This document shows, piece after piece, positions 36,846 through 44,129 of a stretch of 64,000 bases of DNA. The stretch comes from an uncultured Gammaproteobacteria bacterium (lineage in GTDB: Bacteria; Patescibacteriota; Patescibacteriia; Patescibacteriales; GWC2-42-12), in NCBI GenBank assembly GCA_964537265.1, contig CAZHZE010000001.1:91103-155102 (forward strand), read 5' to 3'. A model generated the notes under the pieces. That model was not told the origin of the DNA and made no database searches. It saw nothing but the letters and a program-made list of their open reading frames with translations. The translations under genes and the position numbers were made by a program. Position 1 is the stretch's first letter. Each line of letters opens with the position of its first letter.

Positions 36846-38267
36846 TTATACAACTCTTCTGCCTCTTATAACCGCTATTGGTGTTCTTAATAAAATAGCG
36901 ATATCAAAAAGCAAAGACCAATTTTCAATATAATAACTATCTAATTTTACTTCATCTTCGAAGCTTAAATCGCTACGACCTGAAATCTGCGCCAAACCAG
37001 TAATACCCGGCTTGATTGTTAAAACTTTTTTATGATGACGTTCATATTTAGCTACTTCTCTTGGTTGATGCGGACGTGGGCCGACTAAGCTCATATCACC
37101 TTTTAAAACATTAAAAAACTGGGGTAATTCATCTATGCTCCAACGCCTAATAAATTTACCAACCCTGGTTAAACGAGGATCGTTGGCTATTTTATAAACC
37201 GGTCCGACTTTTATACTTTTCTCTTCAATTAATTTTTTTTCAACTTCTAAAGCCTGATCGTTGCCATATTCTTCACCAACACAATATTGATAAATCATTG
37301 ATCTAAATTTAAAAAGTTTAAAAGTTCCATTTTTAAAAACACGCTCATTTTTATAAATAACCGGGCCGCGCGAATCTATTTTAACCATCAAAGCGGTTAT
37401 TATTATTATGGGGCTGAAAATAATTATCAAAATTAAGGAAAAAATAATATCAAAAATTCTTTTTATAATTCTCCCCCAACCTTCGAGCGGTGTCTTTTTT
37501 ACTTCTACAACAGGGATGCCGGCAATTTCCGAAACTTCAGTCTTCATTACTTTCGCACCCAACAAATCGGCTGCATATTTAAAAGTAATATGATTTTCAT
37601 CAGCAAAATCAAACAATCTAATAGCTTCAGCCTTGCTTAAATTAGGATCGCTCTGCATTATTTCATCAACTCTATATATTTTTAAAAATTCGGCTAATTC
37701 ATCCGCCGCTTCCAGACTAAAATTTTTCAATCTCTTAACAACCTCATAGCCAGAATTATTACGACTGGAAAATTCATAAATTAAAGCGTCGGTAGTATTA
37801 CTGTCGCCGACTAAAACTATTTTATGGACGCCAAAGCCGTATCTTAATAAAACTTTTTGAATTAACCTGATTATCATTCTGGCAAAACTTATATAAACTA
37901 TAGCTAAAATCCAGCCAGCTAAAACTATAAAACGAGAGGAAAAAAGTTCCCTTGAAGCAAAAATCATAATAACTATTAACATTAAACCGGTTGAACAAGC
38001 TAAAATAACTCGATAAATTTCCGAGGTTAAACGTAAAGAACTTTTTATGCTATATAAACCTGCAAAAGCAAAAATAATTACCCAGGCTACGGCAATCATT
38101 AATAAAATTTGAAAATATTCGCTGAAAGGCAAATTAAAAATAACTGGCCTTATTTCAGTGGCAATATTAGCAAAACGCAAAGAATAAGCAGAAATTCCAG
38201 CTAAAAGAATCATTAAAAAATCTAACGGAACTAATAAGCCTGAAAAAACTAACTCACTTTGTTTCAT
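36846..38267 (-). CDS. polyprenyl-phosphate sugar phosphotransferase (WbaP/EpsB-type initiating transferase)
   Basis: Multi-TM N-terminus plus C-terminal bacterial sugar transferase domain (DELPQFFNVLKGDMSLVGPRP). The track start at 38288 is GTG and overlaps the rnpB terminator hairpin, so the ATG at 38267 is preferred. Confidence 0.85.
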   Translation of the reverse strand: MKQSELVFSGLLVPLDFLMILLAGISAYSLRFANIATEIRPVIFNLPFSEYFQILLMIAVAWVIIFAFAGLYSIKSSLRLTSEIYRVILACSTGLMLIVIMIFASRELFSSRFIVLAGWILAIVYISFARMIIRLIQKVLLRYGFGVHKIVLVGDSNTTDALIYEFSSRNNSGYEVVKRLKNFSLEAADELAEFLKIYRVDEIMQSDPNLSKAEAIRLFDFADENHITFKYAADLLGAKVMKTEVSEIAGIPVVEVKKTPLEGWGRIIKRIFDIIFSLILIIIFSPIIIITALMVKIDSRGPVIYKNERVFKNGTFKLFKFRSMIYQYCVGEEYGNDQALEVEKKLIEEKSIKVGPVYKIANDPRLTRVGKFIRRWSIDELPQFFNVLKGDMSLVGPRPHQPREVAKYERHHKKVLTIKPGITGLAQISGRSDLSFEDEVKLDSYYIENWSLLFDIAILLRTPIAVIRGRRVV

Positions 38268-38281
38268 AAAATGTTTAAAAC

Positions 38282-38303
38282 ATAACACGCTACTGCGTGT
38301 TAT
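38282..38303 (-). terminator. terminator hairpin downstream of rnpB
   Basis: ATAACACGC-AGTA-GCGTGTTAT on the minus strand, followed by GTTTT. Confidence 0.55.
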
Positions 38304-38319
38304 GAGAGTTATATTTCAC

Positions 38320-38713
38320 TAATATCAAGGTAAGCTATAAGCCGGATTCTGTATAAATGATTATCTATCTAGCCTTAGCGTTGCCGCTAAGGTCAAGCGA
38401 GCTACTTTTCATTATTCCGCGGATACGGAATAGTTTGCTCTTGCTCCAGGCAGGGTTTACCATCTAGCGCTGTTGCCAACGCAGAATGCTCATAGCCTAA
38501 GTTATTTGGATATCCTAATATAACTTAAACACTGGGCAACTTTTCACCTTTCCCTCATGTTATACGAGGTAGTATTGTCTCTGTGGCACTTTCCCTAAGA
38601 TTACTCTTGGTGGACGTTATCCACTGCCGCTTTCCAGCATAAAAAATGCTTTTGGAGTCCGGACTTTCCTCCCACTTAAATTAGTGGGCAATCATCCGCT
38701 TACCTTGATATTA
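38320..38713 (-). ncRNA. rnpB: RNase P RNA, bacterial type A
   Basis: The minus strand contains GGGAGGAAAGTCCGGACTCC (P4 5'), GGGAAAGTGCCACAGAGA, AAGGTGAAA, GATGGTAAACCCTGCCTGGAGCAAGAGCAAA, ACAGAATCCGGCTTATAGC (P4 3'). P1 pairs 38322-38335 with 38698-38711. Confidence 0.92.
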
Positions 38714-38742
38714 TTAAAATATAAATAGCAAATTATATAAAA

Positions 38743-38771
38743 ATATTACCATTAAATAGAAAAAAAGTCAA
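38743..38771 (-). promoter_or_regulatory. candidate rnpB promoter (TTGACT-17 nt-TGGTAATAT)
   Basis: Minus-strand TTGACT at 38771-38766, 17-nt spacer, extended -10 TGg TAATAT ending at 38743. Confidence 0.4.
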
Positions 38772-38785
38772 ATAATTAATTGAAT

Positions 38786-38820
38786 AAAAAAAGCTGCGAC
38801 ATTAAAAACTGCCGCAGCTT
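38786..38820 (-). terminator. rho-independent terminator of the small-ORF islet
   Basis: GCTGCG/CGCAGC stem followed on the minus strand by T7. Confidence 0.65.
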
Positions 38821-38834
38821 TATAAATACATTTA

Positions 38835-39350
38835 TTAAACAAAACCAGTTATGTCCTCCTGCTCATTATCATCTCCCCGGGATAACCATTTAACAATTGC
38901 GATTAACATAATGATTGAAGATATAATGACCGCGGTTACCACCTTCCAGCCGAAAATGAAAAAGATAATAATTGTTGTAACTATTGTCGAAACAACACCC
39001 ACCGCGATCCAAAAAATACTCTTTCTAAATCCCTCGAGGTCTTGCTCGCTATTATCCTGTTTGTTTGTTTCGCTATCCATTATTTTCTCGGCTAATCTTC
39101 TCTCTTTTTTATCTTTTTTAGCTCTTAGGCCGCAAAGATAAAAACAGAAAAAAATCCAGAGACCGATGACAGACCAGGCTTTATGAGATAATAGCCAGGC
39201 TATTATTTGATCGAACCTGCTCAAAAATTCATGGGTTGATCTCCATAAATTCGCCTGATAGATGATAACCGAAAAAGATATCGCAAGAAAAAAAATCAAT
39301 AACAAACTAACAACTAAATGGAACTTACTCCCCTGATTAATTTTGCTCAT
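38835..39350 (-). CDS. hypothetical 4-TM membrane protein (islet gene 3)
   Basis: 171 aa. SD-like TAGGGGGT 8 nt upstream of the ATG. Charged KKDKKERR...DNSEQD loop between TM pairs. Confidence 0.55.
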   Translation of the reverse strand: MSKINQGSKFHLVVSLLLIFFLAISFSVIIYQANLWRSTHEFLSRFDQIIAWLLSHKAWSVIGLWIFFCFYLCGLRAKKDKKERRLAEKIMDSETNKQDNSEQDLEGFRKSIFWIAVGVVSTIVTTIIIFFIFGWKVVTAVIISSIIMLIAIVKWLSRGDDNEQEDITGFV

Positions 39351-39388
39351 TTTTTATACCCCCTATTTAAAATAAAAAATCAATTTTT

Positions 39389-39529
39389 TTAAATCAGCTC
39401 ATCCCCTACAACCCTGCCACATTTAGGGCAAATCTCTCTGATGTATTTTCTTTTTGTTTTTGGATCTGTTCCTCTTTTCTTTATGGTTTTTCCGCTAAAA
39501 TTTTTACTCCAGCAACTACATTGGCTCAT
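39389..39529 (-). CDS. unannotated 46-aa basic zinc-ribbon-like small protein (islet gene 2)
   Basis: Manual translation: MSQCSCWSKNFSGKTIKKRGTDPKTKRKYIREICPKCGRVVGDELI*. Canonical SD GGAGGA 5 nt before the ATG. CxC...CxxC. Confidence 0.45.
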   Translation of the reverse strand: MSQCSCWSKNFSGKTIKKRGTDPKTKRKYIREICPKCGRVVGDELI

Positions 39530-39593
39530 AAATTCCTCCACAATCATTAATTGTTATAAAAATAAGATAAATGCGATAATAAACCATCTTTAC

Positions 39594-39749
39594 TTAAATA
39601 CTAAATCTTGCCATTATTATTGCATCTCTTGCTGATTCTTCTATTGATTTAATTAAAGCTTTGTCTTCTCTTTTTTTCCTTTTAGCTTCCGAAAAACTTC
39701 TCCGCCATTTTTTAAACAACTCACGCCATAACCATATTTTAAAGAACAT
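39594..39749 (-). CDS. unannotated 51-aa basic amphipathic small protein (islet gene 1)
   Basis: Manual translation: MFFKIWLWRELFKKWRRSFSEAKRKKREDKALIKSIEESARDAIIMARFSI*. Canonical SD AAGGAGGA 8 nt before the ATG. 34 nt downstream of the outer tRNA 3' end. Confidence 0.4.
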   Translation of the reverse strand: MFFKIWLWRELFKKWRRSFSEAKRKKREDKALIKSIEESARDAIIMARFSI

Positions 39750-39843
39750 AATATTTTTCCTCCTTTTGAAAAATATAACTTTGTGAACAATAGAGGACTC
39801 GAACCTCTGACCTTTCCGATGTGAACGGAACGCTCTAACTTCA

Positions 39844-39856
39844 CCCCGTCACCTTT
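39844..39856. repeat. 13-bp inverted-repeat arm flanking the inner tRNA-Val (3' side on the minus strand)
   Basis: AAAGGTGACGGGG (minus-strand reading) is perfectly complementary to CCCCGTCACCTTT at 39945-39933. Confidence 0.9.
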
Positions 39857-39858
39857 TG

Positions 39859-39932
39859 TGGGCACAAAAGGACTCGAACCTTTGACCTCTCCGATGTGAA
39901 CGGAGCACTCTAACCAACTGAGCTATGTGCCC
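39859..39932 (-). tRNA. tRNA-Val (anticodon CAC), inner complete gene, no encoded CCA
   Basis: GGGCACA-TA-GCTC-AGTTGGTTA-GAGT-G-CTCCG-TTCACAT-CGGAG-AGGTC-AAAGG-TTCGAGT-CCTTT-TGTGCCC-A. Confidence 0.92.
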
Positions 39933-39945
39933 AAAGGTGACGGGG
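39933..39945. repeat. 13-bp inverted-repeat arm flanking the inner tRNA-Val (5' side on the minus strand)
   Basis: CCCCGTCACCTTT abuts nucleotide 1 of the inner tRNA directly and pairs with 39856-39844. Confidence 0.9.
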
Positions 39946-39969
39946 CAAGCCTGAGCTAATTGTCCTTAA

Positions 39970-40383
39970 TCATTTTCCCGCGTTATCTAAAGCTTTATTA
40001 ACCAATTTATCAGCCTGACTATTTTTTTCTCTAAAAATATGCTTAAAAATAATCTTTTTAAAACCCAACGAAATATTATACACTTGAACGAATAAAGGCG
40101 CAAGGTCTTTATCTTTAACCCGATATTCTCTATTTAACTGTTTAACTACAAGTTCAGAATCAAGAAAAACATCTATTTCGCTAGCGCCCAAATCTTTGGC
40201 CTTATCCAAACCGGCTATTAAAGCTTTATACTCGGCTTGATTGTTAGTAGTTTCCCCTATATATTTAGAAATTTCAGCTACTAAATTTTCCTGCTCATCA
40301 AAAATAACCACACCAATACCAGCGGGGCCAGGGTTGCCTCGAGCGCCACCGTCAGTATAAAGTTTTAATTTTTTGTATTTCAT
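39970..40383 (-). CDS. rnhA: ribonuclease HI
   Basis: 137 aa. LYTDGGARGNPGPAGIGVVI, NNQAEYKALIAGL, DSELVVKQL. The TGA stop is 4 nt before the outer tRNA. Confidence 0.88.
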   Translation of the reverse strand: MKYKKLKLYTDGGARGNPGPAGIGVVIFDEQENLVAEISKYIGETTNNQAEYKALIAGLDKAKDLGASEIDVFLDSELVVKQLNREYRVKDKDLAPLFVQVYNISLGFKKIIFKHIFREKNSQADKLVNKALDNAGK

Positions 40384-40385
40384 AA

Positions 40386-42116
40386 TTATTTTTTACTTAA
40401 TTTTATATCAATAATTTTCATCTGGGTTGTCCGCCGGTTATTAAACTCATTAAACTCTAAATAATAGACTACATCGACTTCATCACCTATTTTAAAATCT
40501 TTTAAATTTTCCGCCTGGCTAAAAGCTACCGCCCAGATAGAATCAAATCTGAATTTAATATGTTGGGCTTCGGCTCCCATATTTATCTTATCCATAATTT
40601 TTAATTTTCTGCTTAAAAATTTAGGCTTTTCATTATCTTCGCCAAAAGGTTCAAATTTTTCCAATGTCTCTAATAGCTCATCGTTAATATCAATCAAATC
40701 AACTTCCGCTTCAATAAAAATTTTTGGCGCTAATTCAACCATCGCCAATGCTTCATCGGTAATTTTTTTCATATTCTTTTTGAAATCTCTTAAAACTTGA
40801 TAATTTTTCAAAGTAAATCCACAGGCTGACGCATGTCCGCCAAATTTTTCTAGATAAATACTAGATTTTTCAATCGCATTCATAATATTAAATTCGTCGA
40901 TGCTTCGACCAGAGCCTTTGATTTCGTCTTTTATTTTAGTAATAACTAAAACTGGCCTGGCATATTCATCACACAACCTGCCAGCTACTAAACCTACTAC
41001 TCCTTCAGGCCAACTTTCTGATTTATCATCTTCAATATTGGGTGAACAAAAAATAAAAATTTTATCTTTGAGCATTCCTTGATTAGCAATTTTACGGCAA
41101 AATTCTGTTATATCTTCGGTTATTTTTTGCCTTTCGCTATTTTTCACGTTTAATTTTCTAGCAATTTCTTGCGCTTCTTTTTTATTTTTAGTAATTAAAA
41201 TTTCGTAGGCTGTATTAGCATGGTCTAAGCGTCCGGCAGAATTTAATCTCGGTGAAATCTGCCAACCTAAATGAAAAGAATTTATTTTTTTATTAAAACT
41301 ATTATTAGTCTGAGCAACTTTTATTAGTTCGTTTATTCCTAATCTTTTTTGTTGATTTATTATTTCTAAACCGCGACTAACCAAAGTCCTATTCTCCCCA
41401 ATCAAACTCACCATATCAGCCACTGTACCAATCGCTACTAAATCTAAAACTTTCTCGGATAATTTATTCTTTAATTGTTCATCTAATTTCGATAATTCAA
41501 TTAAACCTTGAATAAATTTAAAAGCTACGCCTACGCCAGCAAAATTTTTATAACTATAATTTTCGGCTTTAGGATTTATGATTAAGCAGTCCGGCCAATT
41601 ATTTTTATCCGGCGGAGGCTCATGATGATCAGTTATAATTATATCTAAACCTAATTGTTTGGCATAAACCACTTCTTCCTTATTACGTATACCGTTATCA
41701 ACAGTGATTATTAATTTTGCGTTTATTTTTGCTAATTCATTAATAGCTTTTTTATTTAAGCCATAACCTTCGCTCGTTCTGGCTGGTATATAGACGCTTG
41801 TTTTAGCTTTAAAAATATTTAAAATTTCCACTAAAGTGGCTGTAGCAGTCACTCCATCAGCATCATAATCACCATAAACTATAATTAAATTTTGCTCTTT
41901 TATATGTTTAATAGTTAAATTTATCGCTTCTTTCATGTCTTTAAACAAAAAAGGGCTTGATAATTCAATTTTTTCAGGTTGAAAAAAATTTTTTATCTCT
42001 TGTTTGCTAACTATTCCCCTATTAAAAAGCAACTGAAGTATAATCTTATTATAGTCAGAATTTTCTTTAATAAAATCATTCGAAGCAACAGGTTTTAATT
42101 CCCATTTATTAACCAT
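40386..42116 (-). CDS. recJ: single-stranded-DNA-specific exonuclease RecJ
   Basis: 576 aa. DHH motifs (GDYDADGVTATA, ITDHH), DHHA1 (GGHASACG). Confidence 0.9.
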   Translation of the reverse strand: MVNKWELKPVASNDFIKENSDYNKIILQLLFNRGIVSKQEIKNFFQPEKIELSSPFLFKDMKEAINLTIKHIKEQNLIIVYGDYDADGVTATATLVEILNIFKAKTSVYIPARTSEGYGLNKKAINELAKINAKLIITVDNGIRNKEEVVYAKQLGLDIIITDHHEPPPDKNNWPDCLIINPKAENYSYKNFAGVGVAFKFIQGLIELSKLDEQLKNKLSEKVLDLVAIGTVADMVSLIGENRTLVSRGLEIINQQKRLGINELIKVAQTNNSFNKKINSFHLGWQISPRLNSAGRLDHANTAYEILITKNKKEAQEIARKLNVKNSERQKITEDITEFCRKIANQGMLKDKIFIFCSPNIEDDKSESWPEGVVGLVAGRLCDEYARPVLVITKIKDEIKGSGRSIDEFNIMNAIEKSSIYLEKFGGHASACGFTLKNYQVLRDFKKNMKKITDEALAMVELAPKIFIEAEVDLIDINDELLETLEKFEPFGEDNEKPKFLSRKLKIMDKINMGAEAQHIKFRFDSIWAVAFSQAENLKDFKIGDEVDVVYYLEFNEFNNRRTTQMKIIDIKLSKK

Positions 42117-42119
42117 AAT

Positions 42120-42221
42120 TTAATAAGTAAAAAACGCTCCTACAGTCCAAATAACCATAGAAAAAATTACCATAATGCTAATAATTGTCCAAATTATCCT
42201 GTTAAAATTTTTCTTTTTCAT
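42120..42221 (-). CDS. possible 33-aa hydrophobic small protein
   Basis: Manual translation: MKKKNFNRIIWTIISIMVIFSMVIWTVGAFFTY*. Fills the lepA-recJ gap, and its stop is 3 nt before the recJ ATG. Confidence 0.3.
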   Translation of the reverse strand: MKKKNFNRIIWTIISIMVIFSMVIWTVGAFFTY

Positions 42222-42248
42222 ATTTTATTTTAAAAAATTTAAAAATCT

Positions 42249-44042
42249 CTATTTTTTTAATAACTTAACAAAAGCATCGCTAGGAATTTCCACTTTGCCC
42301 TTGCCGTGCGCTTCCATTTTTTTCTTGCCTTTTTTCTGCTTTTCTAATAATTTTCTTTTGCGAGAAACATCACCACCATATAATTTAGCCGTTACATCTT
42401 TACGCATAGCAGAAATTCTTTCAGCCGCAATAATTTTTCCACCTACAGCCGCCTGCAATTTAATAACAAACATTTGCTTGGGCAAAGTTTCTTTTAAAGT
42501 ATTTACCACTTCTTTGCCGCGCCTAAAAGCCTCGTCGCGATAAACTATCATAGCCAAAGCTTCAACCGGCTCTTCGGCGACTAAAATATCCATTTTTACT
42601 ACATCGGCTTGGCGGTAACCAGCGAATTCATAATTTATTGAAGCATAGCCTGAACTTACGCTTTTAATTTTATCATAAAAATCCGTTAGAATTGCTGCCA
42701 TAGGAATATTATAATGTAAAATCACCCTGCTCTCGTCTATATATTCAGTATTTTTATAAACACCTCTTTTATCTTGGACTAAATTTAAAATAGCTCCTAT
42801 ATATTCTTTCGGCGCAATAATATCCAAATTAACCCATGGCTCTTCAATTTTATCTATTTCTGTCGGATCTGGTAACTTTTGCGGGCTACGAATAATCGAG
42901 TTATCACCATTTTTTTTATAAACTTTATAAGCTACGCTAGGAATAGTAACTGTTAAATTTAAATTATACTCTCGACTTAAACGTTCCTGAAAAATTTCCA
43001 AATGTAATAAACCTAAAAAACCGCATCTAAAACCAAAACCTAAAGCTTCGGAGTGCTCTGGCTCATAAATTAAAGCCGCGTCATTTAATTTTAGTTTAGC
43101 GATTGCTTCTCTTAATTCTTCGAATTCGTTACCTTCATGAGGAAAAACTCCGGCGAAAACCATAGGCTTAACTTCATTATAACCCTTTAAAGGCTCTGTT
43201 TCTTTTTCACGACTAGAAAGCGCAATAGTATCACCTACTCGGCATTCACCAACATCCTTAAAGCCAGTGACAATATAACCTATTTCTCCAGTCTTTAATT
43301 CTCCGGTAGATTTATATTCTGGTTTAAAAATTCCCACGTCTAAAGCTTCGCTCTTGGCTTTAGTAGCCAATAAAACTATTTTATCGCCCTTTTTTATGGC
43401 ACCGTCAAAAATTCTAATATAAGCCACCACTCCTCTATATTCGTCATAAGTAGAATCAAATATTAAAGCTCTAAGCGGTGTATCAAGCTCCGTTAATTTA
43501 ATACAGGAAGGAGCCGGCACATTTTTTATAACTGCCTTTAAAACATCCTCGACGCCCTGACCGGTTTTACCAGAAGCTAAAATTATTTCTTCTGGCTTAC
43601 ATCCTAATAACTGAATAATTTCTTTTTTTGTTTTTTCTACATTGGCTGCCGGTAAATCGATTTTGTTAATTACCGGAATAATATTTAAATCTTGTTCTAA
43701 AGCTAAATATAAATTAGCTAAAGTTTGTGCCTGTATTCCTTGAGACGCATCAACTAAAAGCACTGCGCCTTCGACAGCCGCTAAGCTACGCGAAACTTCA
43801 TAAGTAAAATCAACATGACCGGGCGTATCAATTAAATTCAACGCATAACCTTGATATTCCATTTTAACTGGTTGCAATTTTATAGTTATTCCTCTTTCTC
43901 TTTCTAAATCCATGCGGTCTAACACCTGATCTTTCATTTTTCTTTTTTCAATTGTACCGGTAATTTCTAACATACGATCAGCCATAGTTGATTTACCATG
44001 GTCTATATGAGCTATAATGCAAAAATTACGAATATTTTTCAT
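42249..44042 (-). CDS. lepA: translation elongation factor 4 (LepA)
   Basis: 597 aa. NFCIIAHIDHGKSTMADR, DTPGHVDF, NKIDLP, LepA C-terminal domain. Confidence 0.95.
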   Translation of the reverse strand: MKNIRNFCIIAHIDHGKSTMADRMLEITGTIEKRKMKDQVLDRMDLERERGITIKLQPVKMEYQGYALNLIDTPGHVDFTYEVSRSLAAVEGAVLLVDASQGIQAQTLANLYLALEQDLNIIPVINKIDLPAANVEKTKKEIIQLLGCKPEEIILASGKTGQGVEDVLKAVIKNVPAPSCIKLTELDTPLRALIFDSTYDEYRGVVAYIRIFDGAIKKGDKIVLLATKAKSEALDVGIFKPEYKSTGELKTGEIGYIVTGFKDVGECRVGDTIALSSREKETEPLKGYNEVKPMVFAGVFPHEGNEFEELREAIAKLKLNDAALIYEPEHSEALGFGFRCGFLGLLHLEIFQERLSREYNLNLTVTIPSVAYKVYKKNGDNSIIRSPQKLPDPTEIDKIEEPWVNLDIIAPKEYIGAILNLVQDKRGVYKNTEYIDESRVILHYNIPMAAILTDFYDKIKSVSSGYASINYEFAGYRQADVVKMDILVAEEPVEALAMIVYRDEAFRRGKEVVNTLKETLPKQMFVIKLQAAVGGKIIAAERISAMRKDVTAKLYGGDVSRKRKLLEKQKKGKKKMEAHGKGKVEIPSDAFVKLLKK

Positions 44043-44060
44043 AATTATATTAATTTATAT

Positions 44061-44083
44061 AAAAACAGGTTTAAAAACCTGCG
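44061..44083 (-). terminator. terminator-like hairpin between murJ and lepA
   Basis: CAGGTT-TTTA-AACCTG plus TTTTT on the minus strand, only 18 nt before the lepA ATG, so it may be a partial terminator or a leader element. Confidence 0.4.
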
Positions 44084-44129
44084 CCATACCACTAATCCTA
44101 CTTGTTTTTTAATTTTTGGTCAAACTAAT

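Larger units (their letters stand above)
39784..39965 (-). tRNA. outer, interrupted tRNA-Val(CAC)-like gene whose D-loop carries a 111-nt insert containing a complete tRNA-Val
   Basis: Outer pieces: GGACAAT-TA-GCTC-AG...GTTA-GAGC-G-TTCCG-TTCACAT-CGGAA-AGGTC-AGAGG-TTCGAGT-CCTCT-ATTGTTC-A. All four stems pair perfectly. The insert spans 39950-39840. Confidence 0.55.

Noticed and set aside
39441-39635. Track ORF of 64 aa on the plus strand
   Set aside because: It is antisense to two SD-led minus-strand small ORFs, has a low-complexity hydrophobic translation and no start signals.
39653-39865. Track ORF of 70 aa on the minus strand
   Set aside because: It reads straight through the tRNA-Val sequences and has no SD. 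The SD-led 51-aa ORF (39594-39749) in another frame explains the region better.
39784-39965. Explaining the tRNA-Val duplication as an ordinary integrase attL/attR site
   Set aside because: An att duplication copies only the 3' part of the tRNA as a direct repeat at the far end of an element. Here a 5' fragment and a 3' fragment of one tRNA flank a whole second tRNA, with perfect 13-bp inverted repeats and no intervening element.
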